Source: an uncultured bacterium
GTDB taxonomy: Bacteria > Hydrothermota > UBA3072 > B12-G15
NCBI GenBank assembly: GCA_964596115.1
Contig: CAZQRW010000002.1
Span: 15,480 to 79,479, forward strand
DNA length: 64,000 bases
Reading direction: 5' to 3'
Shown one piece after another: positions 48,655-58,702 of the stretch. Positions within the stretch are counted from its first letter, which is position 1. The number at the start of each line of letters is the position of its first letter. The notes beneath the pieces were generated by a model that saw only the letters and a list, made by a program, of their open reading frames with translations, made no database searches and was not told where the DNA came from. The position numbers were made by a program, and so were the translations under genes.

Positions 48655-49588
48655 TATATTCTTTTAAGATCTTCGTTATTATATCATTAACAATGACATC
48701 CAGCTTATTTTCTCCCTTTACCGTTGAAGAACTGGATATGACAGTCTTGTTATTTTCAGAATCAACTACTTTATAACTAACTACAATATCTTCACCGTTT
48801 TTTGTAACATCTCCAATGACAATCAATCTTGCATCAGCCTTCTTAATCACAGACAGCGCTTTTGATTCATTCATATCTTCTTCTCGAAGAATTCCTTCGC
48901 TGTTCTCCGCATTTGCAATCTTGAAGTGCTCAATAACATCAAAAGGCCCTCTACCTTTGAGGTTTGCAGTAACAAGATTTTTTAACTTTTCTCCAAGGTT
49001 AAGAGAAGAGGCTTCTCCAGTCTTTTCCTTGAACTTTGCAACATAAAAATATATTTTTGCTTCCTTAACGGGAGCAAACTCACTATTTAATTCATCTATT
49101 ACTTCATCAGTAATATCCAAACCCTCATCAGCATAAACCACAACTCCACTGGATATATCAAGAATCATTGTATATCCATCTTCAGCACCAATTTTTTTCA
49201 AAATTGAATCTACCTTTGTGAGGAGGGGCTTCATCAGCTGGTCATTTAATTTTTTTGCCTCTCCATTCTGGCCCCAGATCGACTGAAGAAAATTTTCATA
49301 CTCCCGTTGTTTTGACTGTATCTCCTGCATTTTTCTTACTTTTGCTTCTTGAGAAAGTAAAAGACCCTGAGTCTGAACCTGTTTCTGAAGATCCTGAATC
49401 TCTCTCTTTAAAGTTTCAGCCCTTTTTTGCCACTCATTCAATTTGTCATTGTATTTTTTCTCAATTTCATTTATGCCCTTATATTCCTTCATAATTCTAT
49501 TTGAATCAATGTACCCTAATTTTACTTCACCTAAAACTGAGAGTGAAAGCATTAATAGAAAAAACGTAGAAAGTTTTAATATCTTCAT
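48644..49588 (-). CDS. skp: Skp/OmpH-family periplasmic chaperone with a ~150-aa C-terminal extension
   Basis: Signal peptide at the N-terminus. The coiled-coil OmpH region reads '…[23 protein letters not shown]…[27 protein letters not shown]'. An extra domain of ~150 aa follows at the C-terminus. Confidence 0.7.
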   Translation of the reverse strand: MKILKLSTFFLLMLSLSVLGEVKLGYIDSNRIMKEYKGINEIEKKYNDKLNEWQKRAETLKREIQDLQKQVQTQGLLLSQEAKVRKMQEIQSKQREYENFLQSIWGQNGEAKKLNDQLMKPLLTKVDSILKKIGAEDGYTMILDISSGVVVYADEGLDITDEVIDELNSEFAPVKEAKIYFYVAKFKEKTGEASSLNLGEKLKNLVTANLKGRGPFDVIEHFKIANAENSEGILREEDMNESKALSVIKKADARLIVIGDVTKNGEDIVVSYKVVDSENNKTVISSSSTVKGENKLDVIVNDIITKILKEYNVK

Positions 49589-49606
49589 ATGTTACCTCCT
49601 TTTGTT

Positions 49607-50509
49607 CTATTCAAGGAATTCGAAAGAAACCCCGGCCGTATATTCAAAATCTTCAAATCTTCCTGTTATATTTCTAACAATGCCAAAAAGAGAAAGCCTA
49701 TTACTTGATTTTAAGGGTATTTTACTACCAATACCGATTTTCCAGCCTTTACTTCCTTCGCTCTCGGAGAATACGTACCCCCCTCCAACATAGACGTACA
49801 AATACTGCATTGATACATTAAACTCGTTCTGGGAGACTGTAACGTAACCATTCCCTCGACTTATCGGAAATGATATCCCTGCTTTGTAAACAAGCTTTTG
49901 GATCAGTGTATCTCCCCCTATATATCTGTAAAAAACTGAAGCACCAAGATCTATTGTGGAAAGGTGTAACTTGAACCCTCCACCATACGTATAGCCCGAA
50001 TAAAAAACCCTCGTTGTATCATCTATATCTCTATACTTATCAAAAAGTATATGCCATCTATACTCACTCCCGCCATTTAGCCACCCAGTTCGCAAACCAA
50101 AATCCATATTTTTGTAACGTAATGACATTACTCCAGAAAAATCCGTGATGTCTCCAATCCTCTTTACGCTCTCTGTAAAATGGTCCCACTCATTAGAATC
50201 CGGTGGAAAGGTAAATGTAAAATTCTGTGTATATAATACGTCACCAATAATGCCAATATTAATTATGTCTTTAATAGGAAAAGTAAATCCAAAGGAAGAG
50301 ATCCTGTACTCGCGTTGTCCACTTCTACTATAAGAAAAGATTGGGGTAAATGAAGTATAAAATGAGTCTATAAAAAAAGCAGGGTTAATAGAAATATCAT
50401 TAGAGAGCGGTGATCCCAATATCTTTGCATCCATATTGCCGGGGTATGTGTTTTCTCCAATTCCTATCTGTGAAAATAATGTTGAAGAAAGGATAACAAA
50501 AAGCATCAA
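49607..50509 (-). CDS. Putative outer-membrane beta-barrel protein; hypothetical
   Basis: Signal peptide at the N-terminus. Alternating aromatic/Gly beta-strand pattern. It lies between skp and bamA. Confidence 0.35.
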   Translation of the reverse strand: MMLFVILSSTLFSQIGIGENTYPGNMDAKILGSPLSNDISINPAFFIDSFYTSFTPIFSYSRSGQREYRISSFGFTFPIKDIINIGIIGDVLYTQNFTFTFPPDSNEWDHFTESVKRIGDITDFSGVMSLRYKNMDFGLRTGWLNGGSEYRWHILFDKYRDIDDTTRVFYSGYTYGGGFKLHLSTIDLGASVFYRYIGGDTLIQKLVYKAGISFPISRGNGYVTVSQNEFNVSMQYLYVYVGGGYVFSESEGSKGWKIGIGSKIPLKSSNRLSLFGIVRNITGRFEDFEYTAGVSFEFLE

Positions 50510-51510
50510 TTGCCTCCCCTTTTTATATACATAATATAAAAAGCTACGGAATCTGTTGGAATAGTAAATCTGCCAATGTTATTCCCGTAATATTTATTCC
50601 TTAGGATAATAGAATATGAAGGGAGCGTATCACTTAAATAAGGAACAATAGGGAGAATAGAAATATACCCTTCCACATTTCCTGACAAAGATTTGGAGCC
50701 AATTGCATAGTATTGTGTGCCTCGCTTTAAGAGAACTTCAAGAGTACAGGCCTGAGGCGAGTATACACCAATATCAAATCTTGAGTATAAAATTGAATCG
50801 AGCGGAATAGGTGGTAAAGAATCAAGGTTTAACTCAACCACACCATCCACACCAATGCCACTCCCAATTAAAAGTGTGTCTTCCATAGTATCATTAACCC
50901 CAAATCCTGCAAGTGATGAATCAATACCTACAACATATGCATCTTTATCTGGATTTTTAATTTCGAAACTACTGCCATTAAAAAGATGAATGGAAGGCTT
51001 GTTATCAGATTCTCGAGATCCAAACTTATAGAAATTGCTTGAGCCTATTATAAATCCATTGGTCATCTCGTCATTATCGGGTGATGAACCAAACTTTATC
51101 ACCAGCGAATCACTAGAGATAAATTGTTTAAAGACCGTATCACCACATATTGAAGCAAGAGAATCGTATGTAACACTATTTTCCTCCCAGGGTTTGATAG
51201 CCTTCATTACAAAAAAGGTATCTGAAACAGAATCACCTTTCATTATGATGCTAAAAGAATCTATCGATAGTGTGTCGGGAATTATGAAATGGAGGAGAGA
51301 CATAGTTGAATATTCTCCATTTCTACCTGTATATAATTTTTGTGAACTCCCAGTAGAAACATAATGTGAATAAGAATATACACTATCAGGTTTGACAATA
51401 CTTGTTTTAACTTGCCTCTCCGGAAAAATAAACCCTGATTCCTTTGAACAGGAAGCCAAAAGAACAAAAACTATTAAAACGTAACGCCTAACTGAAAATG
51501 TGGTAACCAT
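50506..51510 (-). CDS. Lipoprotein; hypothetical
   Basis: Lipobox 'LLASCSKESG'. No conserved motif recognised. It overlaps bamA and the downstream gene. Confidence 0.35.
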   Translation of the reverse strand: MVTTFSVRRYVLIVFVLLASCSKESGFIFPERQVKTSIVKPDSVYSYSHYVSTGSSQKLYTGRNGEYSTMSLLHFIIPDTLSIDSFSIIMKGDSVSDTFFVMKAIKPWEENSVTYDSLASICGDTVFKQFISSDSLVIKFGSSPDNDEMTNGFIIGSSNFYKFGSRESDNKPSIHLFNGSSFEIKNPDKDAYVVGIDSSLAGFGVNDTMEDTLLIGSGIGVDGVVELNLDSLPPIPLDSILYSRFDIGVYSPQACTLEVLLKRGTQYYAIGSKSLSGNVEGYISILPIVPYLSDTLPSYSIILRNKYYGNNIGRFTIPTDSVAFYIMYIKRGGN

Positions 51511-53690
51511 TTTCTCCCCTTATTTTTGTCAAATCCGTACCCAAAATCGAAACCTATAATACCCATCATCGGTATTTCCACTCTGAAACCTACTCCCCCA
51601 CTCGTATAGAGGTCTGAAAGCTTCATATACTTTAAACTCTTATACGCATTGCCAGCATCGATAAATGTCATAACATAAGCAGTTTTCGACAAATTCCTCC
51701 TTAATTCAAGGTTCATAATTAATGCTGCATTCCCACCAATAACATAGTTATCCTTCATAGGCCCAATAGATCTATCGTTATATCCCCTTATACCCATAGA
51801 ACCACTTCCACCTAATATGTACTTTTCTGTCAAAGGAATTTCCTGCCCAATGCCATTCCCAAATCCAAAAAATAATCTATTCATAAGAACGAAATCTGGA
51901 AAGATTTCTGCGTACCTTCTCATTTCAAAGTTGATTTTATAAAAACTTACATTTCCCTGTAAAATCCCCCCAGATAATTTTGGGGAGAAAGAAATATAAC
52001 TTCCATTTTTTGCTGCAAGATAATTATCCCTCGTATCCCTCCAGAAATTAGCCATCACGGAGGATTCTATTTTTTTACCTGCCTCGTTTAAAATAAAATC
52101 AGGTACACTTTTAGTCGTATCAACTGATATCTCATTTCTTGATAAACTATAAGAACCACCAAGAAAAACATTTCTATTCCTGGTGAGGAGTTTCCCTAAA
52201 CTTATCTGCCCCCCTGTTCTATATTCATCATAATATTGCCACATTCTGAATGTTGAGAATATGTTAAATCCAAAGCTGGTAGGTGTATCAAAAAGCCAGG
52301 GTTCACGGAATCCCAAGGTTAAGTTTTGTACAGGCTGTGATGTCTTCGTATTGGCAACAGTTCTCTCATAGGAAAAGTTTACCCGCTGTCCCCTTCCTAA
52401 AAAGTTCGGGATATTCATAGAAACGTTTCCAGTTAATCCTATGTCACCCGAAAATCCAAATCCTGCAGTAAATTGTGCACTCTGTTTTTCTTTGACCTTA
52501 AATACAAGGGTAATGGAATCCTTTGATTGTTCGGGTTTCATTTCTAAACTTAGATCATCAAAGTATCCGAGCCTAAAAATATTTTTTTGTGAATTTATTA
52601 CTTCTTCCCTCTTAAATATATCACCAGGAAATATTGTGATATTTCTTCTTACTACTTTGTCGTATGTTTTCTCATTTCCCTTTATGTCTATATACTTAAC
52701 AAAAACCTTGTCGCCCTCTGTTACTGAGAGGGTTACATTTACTGTATCGCCCTGGAACTGCATATCTGGATTAATATTAACATAAAGATATCCATTATTT
52801 GTATAAAAGGTATACATATCCTGGATCGATTTTTGAAAACTTTTATTATTAAAAATCTCTCCTCTTTTCAATTTTATATACTTCTCTGGATTTTTTAAAT
52901 ACTCATTGCCAACGAATACGATCGAACCAACATAATACTTTGTCCCTTCTGTTATGTAAAAATTAAGTACTGCACGCGAATTATTTTCATTAATTTTGTA
53001 TGAATCAACCTTTGCATCGAGAAAACCCTTTTCTCTATAATAATTTTCTATTCTTTTTACATCTTGAACAAGTGTAGAATCAACAATCTCACCCTTTCTC
53101 CAGAACATCCATTTCTTTTTCCCTCTATGTTTTATCTTTCCACCAAGTGTTCTTGATTTTATTTTTTCATTTCCCCAAAATTTTACATCTACAAGTACAA
53201 GCTTCTTCCCTTCCGTTATCTCAAATGTAACATCCATTTCCCCTTCCAGATAATTCCTTTTCAAATTAACCTTTGTTCCTCTAAAACCCCTTTCTCTGTA
53301 CAAATTGAGAATTGCCTTCTTTATACGAAATAATCTTCTATCGGAGACCAACATCGGAGGAGAAATATCAATGAGTGGAGAAATTTCCTTATCCTTTATC
53401 TTTTTATTACCCTCGAAATTAACACTTCGAAGTTTTGGATATTCTTCTACAACAATCCAAACCTTCACTCCTCCACCCTTTCTCTCAGCTTCAAGCTTTA
53501 TATCTTTAAACAATCCAGTAGAATAAAGATATTTTATTGCTTTCTGTCCCATTTTTTCTGTAAGTATTTCACCTATAGAAAGATTGGATGTTGTCAAAAC
53601 GATACTCGTATCCACGTAGTGAAGGCCCTTAACACCAACATCTAATATAACCTCCCCATAAGGGAAAACCATCATAAGAAGAAATACCAT
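51474..53690 (-). CDS. bamA: Outer-membrane protein assembly factor BamA
   Basis: N-terminal POTRA repeats. 16-strand barrel. Terminal aromatic '…FQLGVTF'. Length is 738 aa. It is in an operon with skp and lpxD. Confidence 0.85.
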   Translation of the reverse strand: MVFLLMMVFPYGEVILDVGVKGLHYVDTSIVLTTSNLSIGEILTEKMGQKAIKYLYSTGLFKDIKLEAERKGGGVKVWIVVEEYPKLRSVNFEGNKKIKDKEISPLIDISPPMLVSDRRLFRIKKAILNLYRERGFRGTKVNLKRNYLEGEMDVTFEITEGKKLVLVDVKFWGNEKIKSRTLGGKIKHRGKKKWMFWRKGEIVDSTLVQDVKRIENYYREKGFLDAKVDSYKINENNSRAVLNFYITEGTKYYVGSIVFVGNEYLKNPEKYIKLKRGEIFNNKSFQKSIQDMYTFYTNNGYLYVNINPDMQFQGDTVNVTLSVTEGDKVFVKYIDIKGNEKTYDKVVRRNITIFPGDIFKREEVINSQKNIFRLGYFDDLSLEMKPEQSKDSITLVFKVKEKQSAQFTAGFGFSGDIGLTGNVSMNIPNFLGRGQRVNFSYERTVANTKTSQPVQNLTLGFREPWLFDTPTSFGFNIFSTFRMWQYYDEYRTGGQISLGKLLTRNRNVFLGGSYSLSRNEISVDTTKSVPDFILNEAGKKIESSVMANFWRDTRDNYLAAKNGSYISFSPKLSGGILQGNVSFYKINFEMRRYAEIFPDFVLMNRLFFGFGNGIGQEIPLTEKYILGGSGSMGIRGYNDRSIGPMKDNYVIGGNAALIMNLELRRNLSKTAYVMTFIDAGNAYKSLKYMKLSDLYTSGGVGFRVEIPMMGIIGFDFGYGFDKNKGRKWLPHFQLGVTF

Positions 53691-53888
53691 AAACTTAAGT
53701 TATTAAAAAATGATTTGTTGTCAAGGAGTTTATTCTTAATAAAACATTGGTGGTGGTAAAACTTTGTAAAACTATATAAACTTTATCATCCATTCCAAAG
53801 CCTTTGGCTCAAAATATGATGCTTCACGAGCTGTCTAGTAACTACGAATTATTGATTCTCTCTCTTTACGCCCAGTTAAAAGTTTATT

Positions 53889-54284
53889 CTAAAACCTTAT
53901 TGCAGATTTTGCAAGTTTGTCCGCTTCCTTATTTTTTTCTCTGGGGATATATTTAATACTTATACCTTTGAATTCCTTCATTAAAGATACAACCCTATAA
54001 AATAGTTTCTTTATATATGTATTCCTTACCTTATATGCACCATTTAACTGTTTTACAACTAACTGACTATCAAGAAATACATCCACTTCCTTTATATTTT
54101 TAGATATTAGGAATCTTAATCCTTCAACAAGCGCTGTATACTCTGCTTGATTATTTGTACTTATTCCTATATATTTAGAACCTTCAAAGATTTTTTTATC
54201 ATTTTTGTATACAACAAAACCAATCCCAGAAGGTCCTGGATTACTTGAGGAGGCCCCATCCGTATAGAGTATAAATTTAGTCAA
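53889..54284 (-). CDS. rnhA: Ribonuclease H (type 1-like)
   Basis: 'ILYTDGASSSNPGPSGIGFVV…TNNQAEYTALVEGLRFL' contains the catalytic DEDD context of RNase HI. Confidence 0.8.
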   Translation of the reverse strand: MTKFILYTDGASSSNPGPSGIGFVVYKNDKKIFEGSKYIGISTNNQAEYTALVEGLRFLISKNIKEVDVFLDSQLVVKQLNGAYKVRNTYIKKLFYRVVSLMKEFKGISIKYIPREKNKEADKLAKSAIRF

Positions 54285-54996
54285 TGTATTTATAAATCAG
54301 GATTCTGCCGCACATATCGCAGGTGAATATCCTTTCAGCCCGTTTTACTTCAGCAAATTTCTGAGGTGGAATGGTAGAAAAACAACCAGTACATATTGCT
54401 TCTTCTATCACAGCTACACCCTTTCCACCCTTGCTCTTTCTAATTCTTTCATATCTCTGGAAAAGTGGTTCATCATTTAGTCTTGCTGCTGTGCGTTTTT
54501 TCTCATCCTCTTTGATTAGTATTTTCTCATCAGCATTGTTTGATGCCCTTTCTATATTTCTTTTCTCCTCAAGAATTCTCTTTTTTAAATCATCAAACAT
54601 TCTTTCTTTTTCTGTATATTCCTTGTTTTCTTTCTCTCTCTTTGCATATATTTCAAGGAGTTGGTCTTCGAGCAATGAAATCTTTTCTTCGGTTTCCTTT
54701 ATTTGTTTTTGTAGAGCCTTATACTCCTCATTCGTTTTAACAGAAAATTGCCTCTTCTTTGAATTTTCGTATAGCATCTTTGCCTCTTCAATATCTCTTT
54801 CTATTCTTAAACGTTGTTCATTCAAGAGCTCGTGCTGACTCTTTTCCTCATTAAATTCCTCCTCAGCCCTTTCTAATTCTTTATCCAGCTTTTTTAAATC
54901 TTCTGGCGTCCTTTGCTTTAATTGCTTCAGTCGTAATATTTCATCGTCTATCTTTTGAAGCTCCATAAGTATTTTTAATTTTTCCTTTACAGTCAT
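54277..54996 (-). CDS. Coiled-coil protein with a C-terminal C4 zinc ribbon (DUF164/zf-RING_7 family)
   Basis: About 180 aa of heptad-rich coiled coil. The C-terminus reads 'CTGCFSTIPPQKFAEVKRAERIFTCDMCGRILIY'. This family is typically paired with RNase H. Confidence 0.7.
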   Translation of the reverse strand: MTVKEKLKILMELQKIDDEILRLKQLKQRTPEDLKKLDKELERAEEEFNEEKSQHELLNEQRLRIERDIEEAKMLYENSKKRQFSVKTNEEYKALQKQIKETEEKISLLEDQLLEIYAKREKENKEYTEKERMFDDLKKRILEEKRNIERASNNADEKILIKEDEKKRTAARLNDEPLFQRYERIRKSKGGKGVAVIEEAICTGCFSTIPPQKFAEVKRAERIFTCDMCGRILIYKYID

Positions 54997-55032
54997 TAAT
55001 CCTCCTTAAAAATAAAATAAGTGCACAGTTGT

Positions 55033-55106
55033 GCACTTATTATGGGCGAAAGAGGAGTTGAACCTCTGACCTCCGGTATGTGAGACCGGTGCTCTAACCA
55101 ACTGAG
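55033..55106 (-). tRNA. tRNA-Val (anticodon CAC)
   Basis: The minus-strand read GGGCGAATAGCTCAGTTGGTTAGAGCACCGGTCTCACATACCGGAGGTCAGAGGTTCAACTCCTCTTTCGCCCA folds as a cloverleaf. The anticodon loop CTCACAT has U33 and A37. No CCA is encoded. Confidence 0.85.
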
Positions 55107-55152
55107 CTATTCGCCCTTCCAAATCTTTCTCCCATATATACTCTGTATTAAG

Positions 55153-55226
55153 TGGGCCCGGTAGGGATTGAACCCACGACCTGCTGATTATGAGTCAGCC
55201 GCTCTAACCAACTGAGCTACGGGCCC
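55153..55226 (-). tRNA. tRNA with anticodon CAT (elongator Met or lysidine-modified Ile2; not an initiator, since pair 1:72 is G:C)
   Basis: The minus-strand read GGGCCCGTAGCTCAGTTGGTTAGAGCGGCTGACTCATAATCAGCAGGTCGTGGGTTCAATCCCTACCGGGCCCA has anticodon stem GCTGA/TCAGC and loop CTCATAA. Confidence 0.85.
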
Positions 55227-55410
55227 AATTTATAATATATTTTGATTATATTTATTTATTCACTTATGTCAAGTAGACAATCCACAGGCTGAATGTTTAC
55301 TGAAGTAATACTTTTAATGTTCACAGCTTCAATAAAAAAAACAATAAGTAAAGGAAAAATTATGCTCTGTTTTCTGACATCTTAATAGCTATTTCATATC
55401 ACTTTTTTAC

Positions 55411-55438
55411 TTGACACTACTCTCTATAAAGGTATATT
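55411..55438 (+). promoter_or_regulatory. Sigma70-like promoter for the TPR gene (-35 TTGACA, 16-nt spacer, -10 TATATT)
   Basis: TTGACA at 55411-55416 and TATATT at 55433-55438. An AGGTGA ribosome-binding site at 55464-55469 precedes the ATG at 55472. Confidence 0.4.
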
Positions 55439-55471
55439 AAATTTGTAAAATAATAAAAAGGCAGGTGAAAT

Positions 55472-56653
55472 ATGTTAGAAGAAAATCTTGACAAATTGAG
55501 AGAAAAGTATGAAAGGGACCCTGATTCGTTAATATTTGCTCAATACGGCGATACCTTAAGGAAGGCTAATAGGATTGATGAAGCAATTACTATCCTTGAA
55601 GACGGTCTCAGAAAACATCCAAATTACGCCACCGGTTACATGATACTAGGAAGATGTTATAGGGATAAAAACGCTATAGAGGCTGCCATAAAGGAATTCG
55701 AAAAAGCCGTTGAACTTGATAAGCAAAGTATCCTTGCTCATAAGGAACTCAGTGACCTTTATATTCAGGAAGGACAGACAAATAGAGCAATAGATATACT
55801 TCAGAAATTGTTGAATCTCGACCCTCTTGATGATGCAGCAAGGGATAAATTGAGAGAACTCAGGGAAAAGAGTTTAGAGGAAGAGAAAAATGTTATATCA
55901 TCCGTCGGAAAGGAAGACTTCTTTTCCTTTTTCGAAGAGGAAAAGACGAAGGAATCTATGGAAGTACCAACAGAAACTGAAGTCCCTAAAGAGACGCACA
56001 AAAAAAATATCCCTGAAGAGGAACTTGAATCTTTCCTTGAGCCCAAAAGAGTACCCGAACAGCCCGCAGAGGCTGAAACACCTACTGAAGAAACTCCACC
56101 TGTTGAAGAAACAAGGGAAGAGGTTGAGCCTGTTTCTGCTCAACCAATAGAGAAAGGGACAGAAGAATTTGAGACCAAAGAAATAGGGGCAGAATCAGTA
56201 GAAAAAGAAATGGCAGAATTACCAGAAAAAAAGATTAAAAAAGAAACTATAGAAGTACCCCAGGGTTCAGAGACTATAAATCCGAAATTTAATCTTGAAT
56301 TGGCAAAATTGTACATAAAGTATAACTTTAATGATAAAGCCCTCTCTGTACTTCAGAAAATCCTTGAAAAAGAACCTGATAATACTGATGCATCCCTTTT
56401 GCTAAATGAAATAAAAGGACTGTCACCCTTAGAAGAGATAAAGAAACCTTCTCCTCCAATGGAGGAAGAAAAAACCGAAGATACAGGCATCCTTGAGGAA
56501 ATTGGTAAGAAAGAAACACCTATAGAGATAGAGTCAGCTGAGCCAGAAGCAAAAGAAGAGGATACTGAAAAGAAAGAAGAAAATAAAAGAGGGACAGAGA
56601 ACGCGGAACCTAAGAGCCTTAGCGATCTTTTTGGGGAAGACGAAAATGAGTAA
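55472..56653 (+). CDS. TPR-repeat protein with long acidic E/K/P/T-rich low-complexity regions
   Basis: The N-terminus has ~3 TPR repeats ('…YATGYMILGRCYRDKNAIEAAIKEFEKAVELD…'). A second TPR-like block lies near residue 270. Extended acidic low-complexity segments lie between the TPR blocks and at the tail (…EEKTEDTGILEE…GEDENE). Confidence 0.6.
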   Translation: MLEENLDKLREKYERDPDSLIFAQYGDTLRKANRIDEAITILEDGLRKHPNYATGYMILGRCYRDKNAIEAAIKEFEKAVELDKQSILAHKELSDLYIQEGQTNRAIDILQKLLNLDPLDDAARDKLRELREKSLEEEKNVISSVGKEDFFSFFEEEKTKESMEVPTETEVPKETHKKNIPEEELESFLEPKRVPEQPAEAETPTEETPPVEETREEVEPVSAQPIEKGTEEFETKEIGAESVEKEMAELPEKKIKKETIEVPQGSETINPKFNLELAKLYIKYNFNDKALSVLQKILEKEPDNTDASLLLNEIKGLSPLEEIKKPSPPMEEEKTEDTGILEEIGKKETPIEIESAEPEAKEEDTEKKEENKRGTENAEPKSLSDLFGEDENE

Positions 56654-57713
56654 CTCAAGGATGAGCAAACTACAGAAAAGACTCTCTGAGCTAAAAATTG
56701 ATGCCTTCCTTATAACCAATATGAAAAATATATACTACCTGACAGGATTTACTGGAGATTCAGGCATCCTATTCGTAACACGGAGAAAGGCTCTGCTTAT
56801 AACGGATTATCGCTTCCAGGGGGATATAGTTGAAAACATCAAAGATGCTGATTTTACACTTTCGAAGGAAAGATATACGATGGAATTAGTCAGACAAAAA
56901 ATTTTCAAAGGAAAGAAAACGATTGGGTTTGAATCCGCCAGCGTTTCTTATGGATCTTTAAAATCTATAAAAAAAGTTTTAAAAAAGAAAATGAAACCAA
57001 TCGAAGGAGCGGTAGAGGAGTTAAGAGAAATAAAGGACGAGAAGGAAATTACGTATCTGAAAAAGGCTGCCTCTATTGGTGATAAAGCATTACTGAAGGT
57101 TCTTGATATTATTAAACCCGGGATAAAAGAAAAAGATATTGCGGCAGAGCTAGAGTATCAGATGAAAAAACTGGGTGGTGAAAAGCCTTCATTTGATACT
57201 ATTGTTGCCTCAGGTTACCGTTCAGGGACACCCCATGGTGTGGCATCCGATAAAAAAATCCGCAAAAATGAATTCATTACAATGGATTTTGGAAATTTCT
57301 ATAAGGGTTATGCCTCTGATATGACCAGGACAATCTATGTCGGGAAACCATCAAAAAAAGAATTGGATATCTACAACACCGTCTATCAAGCTCAAAAAGA
57401 GGCTCGTACTAAATTCCAGGTCGGTATGAAATTAAAGGATATTGATAAAATTGCAAGGGATTACATTACAGCAAAGGGTTACGGAGAAAATTTTACACAT
57501 TCACTTGGCCATGGAGTGGGCCTTAATATCCATGAAAAACCCTTTGTTAGCTTCAAAAGCAAGGGTGTTTTGAAAGATGGTATGGTTTTCACAATTGAAC
57601 CAGGTGTCTATATAAATAACTTTTGTGGAGTAAGAATTGAAGATACCGTTGCTGTTTTTAATGGTAAAAAGATTGAGTTAACAAAATCAAAAAGGGAACT
57701 AATCACTCTTTAG
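56646..57713 (+). CDS. pepP: Xaa-Pro aminopeptidase / M24B metallopeptidase
   Basis: C-terminal pita-bread fold with metal ligands in 'DFGNFYKGYASDMTRT', 'HSLGHGVGLNIHE' and 'EPGVY…RIEDT'. The N-terminal creatinase-like domain is present. The longest ORF starts at 56631, but the ATG at 56646 is more likely. Confidence 0.85.
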   Translation: MSNSRMSKLQKRLSELKIDAFLITNMKNIYYLTGFTGDSGILFVTRRKALLITDYRFQGDIVENIKDADFTLSKERYTMELVRQKIFKGKKTIGFESASVSYGSLKSIKKVLKKKMKPIEGAVEELREIKDEKEITYLKKAASIGDKALLKVLDIIKPGIKEKDIAAELEYQMKKLGGEKPSFDTIVASGYRSGTPHGVASDKKIRKNEFITMDFGNFYKGYASDMTRTIYVGKPSKKELDIYNTVYQAQKEARTKFQVGMKLKDIDKIARDYITAKGYGENFTHSLGHGVGLNIHEKPFVSFKSKGVLKDGMVFTIEPGVYINNFCGVRIEDTVAVFNGKKIELTKSKRELITL

Positions 57714-57719
57714 AAAGTT

Positions 57720-58283
57720 ATGGCTGATACAAGCGATATCAGAAAGGGCTTAACAGTTAAAATGGATGGAGCAGTTTATAAAGTTGTAGATTTTCTGCAT
57801 GTTAAACCTGGGAAGGGACAGGCATTCGTAAGAACCAAATTTAAAAATATGGAGACAGGTGCAGTTATCGAAAAAAATCTGAAATCTGGGACAACAATAT
57901 ATCCTGTTAGAGTAGAGGAAAAATCTGCCCAATACCTTTATAGAGATGGAGATTATTATATTTTTATGGATCTCGAAACCTATGAGCAGTATAGCCTTCC
58001 ACTCGATCAAATTGAAGAGGAATATAAATTTCTAAAGGACGGTTTAGAATTATCTCTCTTAATTGCAGATGATAAAATTATTGGTATAAAATTACCGAAT
58101 TTTGTTGAATTAAAAATTATAGAAACAGATCCCGGGGTAAGAGGTGATACCGCTCAAGGGGGCACCAAACCAGCAAAGGTTGAGACTGGTGCAATTATAT
58201 CTGTTCCTCTTTTTGTGGAAGAGGGCGAAATAATAAGGATTGACACAAGAACAGGAGCTTATGTAGAGCGAGTCAAAAAATAG
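57720..58283 (+). CDS. efp: Elongation factor P
   Basis: 'IRKGLTVKMDGAVYKVVDFLHVKPGKGQAFVRTKFKN' carries the conserved KPGKG loop. Three beta-barrel domains. Length is 187 aa. Confidence 0.95.
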   Translation: MADTSDIRKGLTVKMDGAVYKVVDFLHVKPGKGQAFVRTKFKNMETGAVIEKNLKSGTTIYPVRVEEKSAQYLYRDGDYYIFMDLETYEQYSLPLDQIEEEYKFLKDGLELSLLIADDKIIGIKLPNFVELKIIETDPGVRGDTAQGGTKPAKVETGAIISVPLFVEEGEIIRIDTRTGAYVERVKK

Positions 58284-58702
58284 TGAAAATTTATACTGAT
58301 GAAATAAAGTTTTCCACAAAAGGTTTTGACGATATTATAGATATTACTAAAGCCGTAGTAGAAATTCTTAGAGAGTCCAGTATAAAAAACGGAATAGTTA
58401 CACTCTTTATCCCTGGCTCAACAGGTGGCATTACCACTATTGAGTACGAACCAGGTTTAAAAAAAGACTTCCCTGAGATGATGGAAAAGATAGCCCCTCA
58501 AAATAAAAATTATCACCACAACGAAACCTGGCACGATGGAAACGGTTTCTCACATCTAAGGGCATCATTGATAGGACCTTCTCTTACAGTACCCATTGCA
58601 AATGGAGAATTAACTCTAGGAACGTGGCAACAGATTGTGTTTATAGATTTTGATAACAGAAGCAGGAAAAGGAGTGTCATTGCCCATATTATTGGTGATT
58701 AG
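58283..58702 (+). CDS. YjbQ/UPF0047-family protein (secondary thiamine-phosphate synthase-like)
   Basis: 'GIVTLFIPGSTGGITTIEYEPGLKKDFPEMMEKIAP…HDGNGFSHLRASLIGPSLTVPIANGELTLGTWQQIVFIDFD' matches the UPF0047 family. Confidence 0.8.
   Translation: MKIYTDEIKFSTKGFDDIIDITKAVVEILRESSIKNGIVTLFIPGSTGGITTIEYEPGLKKDFPEMMEKIAPQNKNYHHNETWHDGNGFSHLRASLIGPSLTVPIANGELTLGTWQQIVFIDFDNRSRKRSVIAHIIGD

Noticed and set aside
55033-55226. The two tRNA genes considered as an integration hotspot marking a genomic island.
   Set aside because: No integrase, recombinase, direct-repeat copy of a tRNA 3' end, or compositional break is visible on either side. The flanking genes are ordinary.
55801-56719. Ser-rich antisense ORFs (e.g. 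56353-56658 on the minus strand) opposite the acidic TPR gene.
   Set aside because: They are the mirror image of GAA/GAG-rich coding sequence. This is a composition artefact, not a gene.
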